Below are positions 59,500 to 64,000 of a DNA stretch of 64,000 bases, one piece after another. Source of the stretch: a virus (lineage: Duplodnaviria; Caudoviricetes); IMG/VR virus record IMGVR_UViG_2684623229_000001, positions 24,692 to 88,691 of that record. The stretch is one strand, 5' to 3'. Made by a program: the position numbers and the translations under genes. The first letter of the stretch is position 1, and each line of letters begins with the position of its first letter. The notes under the pieces are model-generated. The model had not been told where the DNA came from. It saw only the letters and a list, made by a program, of their open reading frames with translations, and did no database searches.

Positions 59500-59742
59500 T
59501 TACCCTTTTCTTATAAATCTAAGTGATGTTTCCATGCATCTATATTCCAAAATTTTTATAGCATCTTCTAGTAATCTCTTAGCAAACACTGCTGTAATAT
59601 CTATTCCTTTAAACTCTTTTTCTACAAGTTCTAATATTTTATCTATTGTTTCTTCTCTTTTCTCTTGTGTAACAGTTACTTTTATATCTTCCATACTGTT
59701 ACCTCCTAAAGGATTTTTTACATTTTTGTAGAATAATACCAC
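59500..59742 (-). CDS. Hypothetical protein
   Basis: Likely start MEDIK after AGGAGG. Confidence 0.5.
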   Translation of the reverse strand: MVLFYKNVKNPLGGNSMEDIKVTVTQEKREETIDKILELVEKEFKGIDITAVFAKRLLEDAIKILEYRCMETSLRFIRKG

Positions 59743-59761
59743 TTGAAAGGTGGTGATTTTT

Positions 59762-60355
59762 ATGATTAAATCTCAAACTGATAGAGTTCTAAGTAAGCAT
59801 GGCGATGATTTCTCTATAGAGCGTAATAGTTCAATAATATCTACTACTAAAGGTTTCTTTTGTGGTAAAGAATATCCAAATATAATCCAACTTGCTAGTG
59901 ATACTGATGTTAATGAAAGTGATTGGATTATTCATAATTCAACTAATAGAAAATATTTTGTCAAAAGTGTTCAACCCATATCAAAATCTAATCAAACATT
60001 AGCTTGGATGGCTGAATATTTGTCGGAATCAGAATATGAAAAATCAATCTCTGAAGAAAATAAATCTACTTTTTCAATCGGAGCAATTTATGGCTCTGCA
60101 ATTGTTGGTAACCATAATAATGCAACTATCAATAATGGATATAATCTAAGCGAAATTCGTTCATTAATATCTTCCAAGCCTGCTGAGGATCAAAAAGATT
60201 TAAACAAACTTATTGATAGAATTGAAATAATTACTGAAGATAATCAACCTGTTAGCAAAGGCACCTTAGCAAAATTTTCTGATTTACTAGCTAAACATTC
60301 CGACATTGCTATTGCCTTAGGATCTAGTATTATAAATTGGCTTGCTACTCACTAA
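59762..60355 (+). CDS. Counter-oriented moron of unknown function
   Basis: Own sigmaH-like promoter at 59710-59734 and AAGGTGG SD. Confidence 0.7.
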   Translation: MIKSQTDRVLSKHGDDFSIERNSSIISTTKGFFCGKEYPNIIQLASDTDVNESDWIIHNSTNRKYFVKSVQPISKSNQTLAWMAEYLSESEYEKSISEENKSTFSIGAIYGSAIVGNHNNATINNGYNLSEIRSLISSKPAEDQKDLNKLIDRIEIITEDNQPVSKGTLAKFSDLLAKHSDIAIALGSSIINWLATH

Positions 60356-60737
60356 TATCATTTTTGATTATCTTGATTACTTTACTAATAAGTGAATCAG
60401 CAGTAATGATTAATGCTAATAGTTCATTATTTTTATCTTTTTTAAGTTGCTCTTGAGCTGGTATCTCAGGAGCTTCTTTCGTTATTTCTAAACTCTCAAA
60501 TAACTCTTTAAGTATCAACAAAATTTCACTTTCCTCTGTAAAAGCTATTAATGGAGATTGCTCTTTATAAATCCTAATAACTCCATCATCTAAACCAAAC
60601 ATGATACTGTAATCATTAGATAGTTGCATACCTCTTTCAACTACAACGCCAGCACTGTTTTCAACTGTTGTATCACAACAATATTCAATTCCATCAACAA
60701 GCTTCCAAAACAACTTTTTGATTTCTACTTTGTTCAT
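60345..60737 (-). CDS. Hypothetical protein
   Basis: Coupled to the antirepressor gene. Confidence 0.55.
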   Translation of the reverse strand: MNKVEIKKLFWKLVDGIEYCCDTTVENSAGVVVERGMQLSNDYSIMFGLDDGVIRIYKEQSPLIAFTEESEILLILKELFESLEITKEAPEIPAQEQLKKDKNNELLALIITADSLISKVIKIIKNDISE

Positions 60738-61556
60738 TTACATTGCCTCCTCATTAAGTGAATACAAGTTTTTAGCAAGTTCCCTTACATCATTCTCATA
60801 AAGTTTACAAGCTATTTCATAAAGTTCTGGTATTTTATTCATGACCTTATCAATGTAGTCAACTTTACTTTTTAACTTTGGTTTATGGTTTTTGTTATAT
60901 TTCTCTAGTTTATTTTTTATACTTTCAATATGATACTTCATTTCAAATTGTTTATATAACTCATTCCAACGTTCTCTATAATTTGCACCTTTGTATCTAA
61001 CTACCCTATTTAATATCTGCCTTTTCTCTGCTAGTGATATTTCATCAACTAAGCCTACAATGACATCTTCTTTATGCTCTATTTCTTTCTCTTTTAATGC
61101 TATAATCTCATTTTGCTTCCTTACAGTTTCTAAGGTGTTCCTAAAAACCATTTTACTTTGCTCATCCAAATAAGGTAGGTAAGTATTAATAAATAGGTCT
61201 TCACTTGCAACATAACCACCAGTTTTCCTTATAGTTGGTAACACTTGATCAAAAACCCAAACCTCAAATTTTTCTGCTTTCTCTTTAATTTTAGAATTTT
61301 TACTTTGGTCAGCTGCTTTAACTATAAGTCTGTAAATATCTCCTTCTGGAATAATATTTGTTTCCTGAACACCTCCTTGCGAAGGTATTCCCAACTTGGT
61401 AATGCCTTTGCAATGCTGAATTACTGCTTTGCTTGGATTAGCATATTCTAAAGCTTTTGTTACATCAATACCTACTGCATATGGTTTGTTTTTAAATTTT
61501 ATCATTCTTATTTCACCAAATTCCTTGTGATTAAAAATCTGTAATTCGTTCCCCAT
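60738..61556 (-). CDS. BRO-N domain antirepressor
   Basis: LQIF...EFG.IR, IPEGD.YRL, VLP.IRKTGGY; start MGNELQ after GGAGG. Confidence 0.85.
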   Translation of the reverse strand: MGNELQIFNHKEFGEIRMIKFKNKPYAVGIDVTKALEYANPSKAVIQHCKGITKLGIPSQGGVQETNIIPEGDIYRLIVKAADQSKNSKIKEKAEKFEVWVFDQVLPTIRKTGGYVASEDLFINTYLPYLDEQSKMVFRNTLETVRKQNEIIALKEKEIEHKEDVIVGLVDEISLAEKRQILNRVVRYKGANYRERWNELYKQFEMKYHIESIKNKLEKYNKNHKPKLKSKVDYIDKVMNKIPELYEIACKLYENDVRELAKNLYSLNEEAM

Positions 61557-61608
61557 TTTTCCATCCTCCGTTTCCCTATTTAATTTTTTTAAAATTGCAT
61601 AAACTACA

Positions 61609-61833
61609 TTAAGCAGATACATTTATTTTCATTTTGCTAATTTCAGAAGTAAAAAAAATTTCATCTATAGGTTTACCAAATAATTCTGAAATTTTTTTAC
61701 CTTCTTTAATAGTAAAATCAGATTTACCATTAAGCTTAAAATTCAATGTAGATACTGTCATATTAAGTATTTGTGCTAACTCTACTTGTGTAATGTGATT
61801 TTCTTTCATTAATCCTTTTAGTTTATCATACAC
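61609..61833 (-). CDS. Cro-like HTH regulator
   Basis: XRE HTH, divergent from the repressor. Confidence 0.85.
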   Translation of the reverse strand: MYDKLKGLMKENHITQVELAQILNMTVSTLNFKLNGKSDFTIKEGKKISELFGKPIDEIFFTSEISKMKINVSA

Positions 61834-61849
61834 GATTTATCACCTCACT

Positions 61850-61990
61850 TTTAATTTTCAATTTGATAATCATCATGATTTTATTATATATTAGCTAAAT
61901 GAAAATTGCAATACTATTTTATGATATTTTTAAAAAAAATATTCATTTAGCTAATTTTTATTTTAAAATTTTCAAATTGTTTATAATGTA
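61850..61990. promoter_or_regulatory. Divergent lysis/lysogeny promoters and operators
   Basis: Recurring TTTTCAwTTnGmTAAT-like motif in both orientations, plus a copy near 61626. Confidence 0.55.
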
Positions 61991-62007
61991 ATTAGGAGGT
62001 GTTTAGT

Positions 62008-62412
62008 TTGAGCAAATTTGGAGAAAGATTAAGAATAGTTTTAGAAGAAAAGGATATACAAGGCAAAGAATTAGCTAAAATATTAAATGTAGAACCTCCA
62101 ACTGTAAGCAACTGGCTAAATGGAAATAGGTTTCCTAAAGATGATATGCTAATACAGATAGCTGATTATTTTAATGTATCCGTTGATTACCTCCTTGGAA
62201 GAACAGATTACCAACGAGGCATTATTTCTCAGGCAGATATAGATGGACATCATTATGAATTTGAATTAGATAAGAAAATATTTCCTAATGGAATAACTAG
62301 GGAACAAATGATAGATTATATTAAAGAATTAGAAGAAAGAAATAAAAAACTAGAGAAGGAAGCTGAGTTATCCAGAAAACTCAAAGATCTTCTTTCTGAA
62401 AATAATAAATAA
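62008..62412 (+). CDS. CI-like repressor without S24 autoproteolysis domain
   Basis: XRE HTH and short C-terminal coiled coil; TTG start after AGGAGGT. Confidence 0.88.
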   Translation: MSKFGERLRIVLEEKDIQGKELAKILNVEPPTVSNWLNGNRFPKDDMLIQIADYFNVSVDYLLGRTDYQRGIISQADIDGHHYEFELDKKIFPNGITREQMIDYIKELEERNKKLEKEAELSRKLKDLLSENNK

Positions 62413-62660
62413 GAGTAGTGGCCTAGAGCTAAAATATAAATGGCGTAAAGCTAACAAAGATTTTAAAAAAAACAGAATCTAATGTTATAAAGATAACATT
62501 ATTGAATTCTTGAATCTTTGTTGGCTTTTTTATTTTGTTTAAAAATGTAGAAAAATAAGATTTTAGAGAATAGGTTGTCCTAAAATTCTGTATACAGACA
62601 ATTACATTTTAAAAATAAATATGTAATAATTTTCGTATAAAGTAAATTTTATATTAAAAC

Positions 62661-62707
62661 TTGCAAATTTTATATAAAAATATTAAAATATACTTGAACA
62701 CATGTTC
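62661..62707 (+). promoter_or_regulatory. sigmaA promoter with LexA box
   Basis: TTGCAA-N17-TAAAAT, then GAAC-ACAT-GTTC at 62696-62707. Confidence 0.75.
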
Positions 62708-62732
62708 GATTTGAGAAAGGAGTCTTTAATTT

Positions 62733-62882
62733 ATGTTTAATTTTAGAGGGGTATTAAGTGTAAAAAAAGATGGGGAAATGATATATAAAAATAATAAGTA
62801 CTGTGGACTGAATAGGGAAGAAAATTCCTGTAAAAAATCCGTTGAGGATAAAGTAAAATCTATGCAGGAGGTTGATATATAA
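62733..62882 (+). CDS. 49-aa leader ORF coupled to integrase
   Basis: AAAGGAG SD; TAATG stop/start overlap with int. Confidence 0.72.
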   Translation: MFNFRGVLSVKKDGEMIYKNNKYCGLNREENSCKKSVEDKVKSMQEVDI

Positions 62883-64000
62883 TGAAAAATGTATTTATAA
62901 GAAAAAGAGGTAATAAACATGTTGTTACTTTGGAATATAGAGATAAAGAAACTGGTAAGAAAAAACAAAAAGCTCTTGGATCTTATGATAAGAAAAAAGA
63001 AGCTGAAAATGCCTTGATAGAAGAAAAATCTAAAATTATCAATGGTAATCTTATTATTCCAGAAAAAATTACTTTTGAACAATATTTAAAACAATGGTTA
63101 GAACAACATAAAAGTAATTTAAGTGTTACCACTTATACTAGATATAAATATATAATAGATAAACAAATAAGTCCTTCCATTGGTGAAATAGAACTACAAA
63201 AACTTACTCCTTTGCATTTGGAAAATTTTTATAATTCCATGCTTAAAACATTAAACCCAAAAACTGTATTACAATATCATAGGGTAATACATAAAGCCTT
63301 AAATAAGGCTTATAAATTACAAATCATAAATAAAAATATATCTGATTTAGTGGAATTGCCTAAAATAAAAAAATATAAAGCTAAAGCGTTAACTATAAAA
63401 GAAGTTAAGCAATTTTTAGAACTTTCTAAGAACACTAGAGTTGAGATACCTATTAATTTAGCAATCGCACTAGGATTGAGGGCTAGTGAAATTTTAGGTT
63501 TATCTTGGGATAATATTAATTTTGATAATAACACTATAGTTATATGTAAAACTTTAGTTAAGGATAAAACAAATAAAACATTGGTGTTTAAAGAACCTAA
63601 AAGTGAAACTTCTATAAGAACATTAACTGTCCCTGAACAACTAATGGATCTATTAAAAGAACATAAGAAAAAACAAAAACAGTTACAATTAAAAAGTTAC
63701 GGTGCTTTTAGAAATGAATTTAACTTGGTTTTTACCAAATTAAACGGTGACCCAATGGCCAGCGATAGTCTTAGTAGCATATTTAGGGATTTTATAAATA
63801 GAAATAATCTGCCTAATATAAGATTTCATGACTTACGCCACACTAATGCTACTCTTATGTTAGCTAGTGGCACTAGTATGAAAGTAGCTTCTACTAGATT
63901 GGGGCATAGTGCTATAGGTATAACAATGGACCTGTATACACATGTCCTCCAAGGATTGGAAAAAGAGGCAGCAAAAAATATATCAGATTTAATTTATTAG
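62882..64000 (+). CDS. int: Tyrosine integrase
   Basis: Arm-binding N-terminus; GLR.SE, KEPK, RFHDLRH, RLGH, TMDLY.H. Confidence 0.95.
   Translation: MKNVFIRKRGNKHVVTLEYRDKETGKKKQKALGSYDKKKEAENALIEEKSKIINGNLIIPEKITFEQYLKQWLEQHKSNLSVTTYTRYKYIIDKQISPSIGEIELQKLTPLHLENFYNSMLKTLNPKTVLQYHRVIHKALNKAYKLQIINKNISDLVELPKIKKYKAKALTIKEVKQFLELSKNTRVEIPINLAIALGLRASEILGLSWDNINFDNNTIVICKTLVKDKTNKTLVFKEPKSETSIRTLTVPEQLMDLLKEHKKKQKQLQLKSYGAFRNEFNLVFTKLNGDPMASDSLSSIFRDFINRNNLPNIRFHDLRHTNATLMLASGTSMKVASTRLGHSAIGITMDLYTHVLQGLEKEAAKNISDLIY

Larger units (their letters stand above)
3138..64000. mobile_element. Temperate siphovirus prophage integrated at tRNA-Leu
   Basis: att fragment at left, integrase at right, full lysis/tail/head/packaging/replication/immunity gene order. 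Confidence 0.95.

Overview
AT-rich DNA whose gene content points to a proteolytic Clostridium (C. botulinum group I / C. sporogenes-like; this is inferred, not searched). Most of the window (~3138-64000) is a near-complete siphovirus prophage integrated in tRNA-Leu(CAA). The displaced 3' tRNA fragment is at 3138-3198, and the intact copy is expected just beyond the integrase at the right edge. Positions 1-3137 are a decayed remnant of a related older prophage at the same site, with a dead integrase but an intact immunity switch. The prophage has the usual lysogeny, replication, head, tail and lysis modules and unusually rich cargo. The cargo includes a binary ADP-ribosylating toxin operon matching Bacillus Vip2/Vip1 rather than C2/iota/CDT, a Kiwa defence pair, and a TIR plus unknown-partner operon. 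It also includes a VirB4/FtsK-like ATPase with pilin-like proteins near sporulation-type promoters, and three copies of a ~170-bp small-RNA-like cassette around the toxin. The tape measure gene is split by a clear group I intron (27867-28966) carrying a homing endonuclease. All assignments come from motif recognition by eye; no searches were run.
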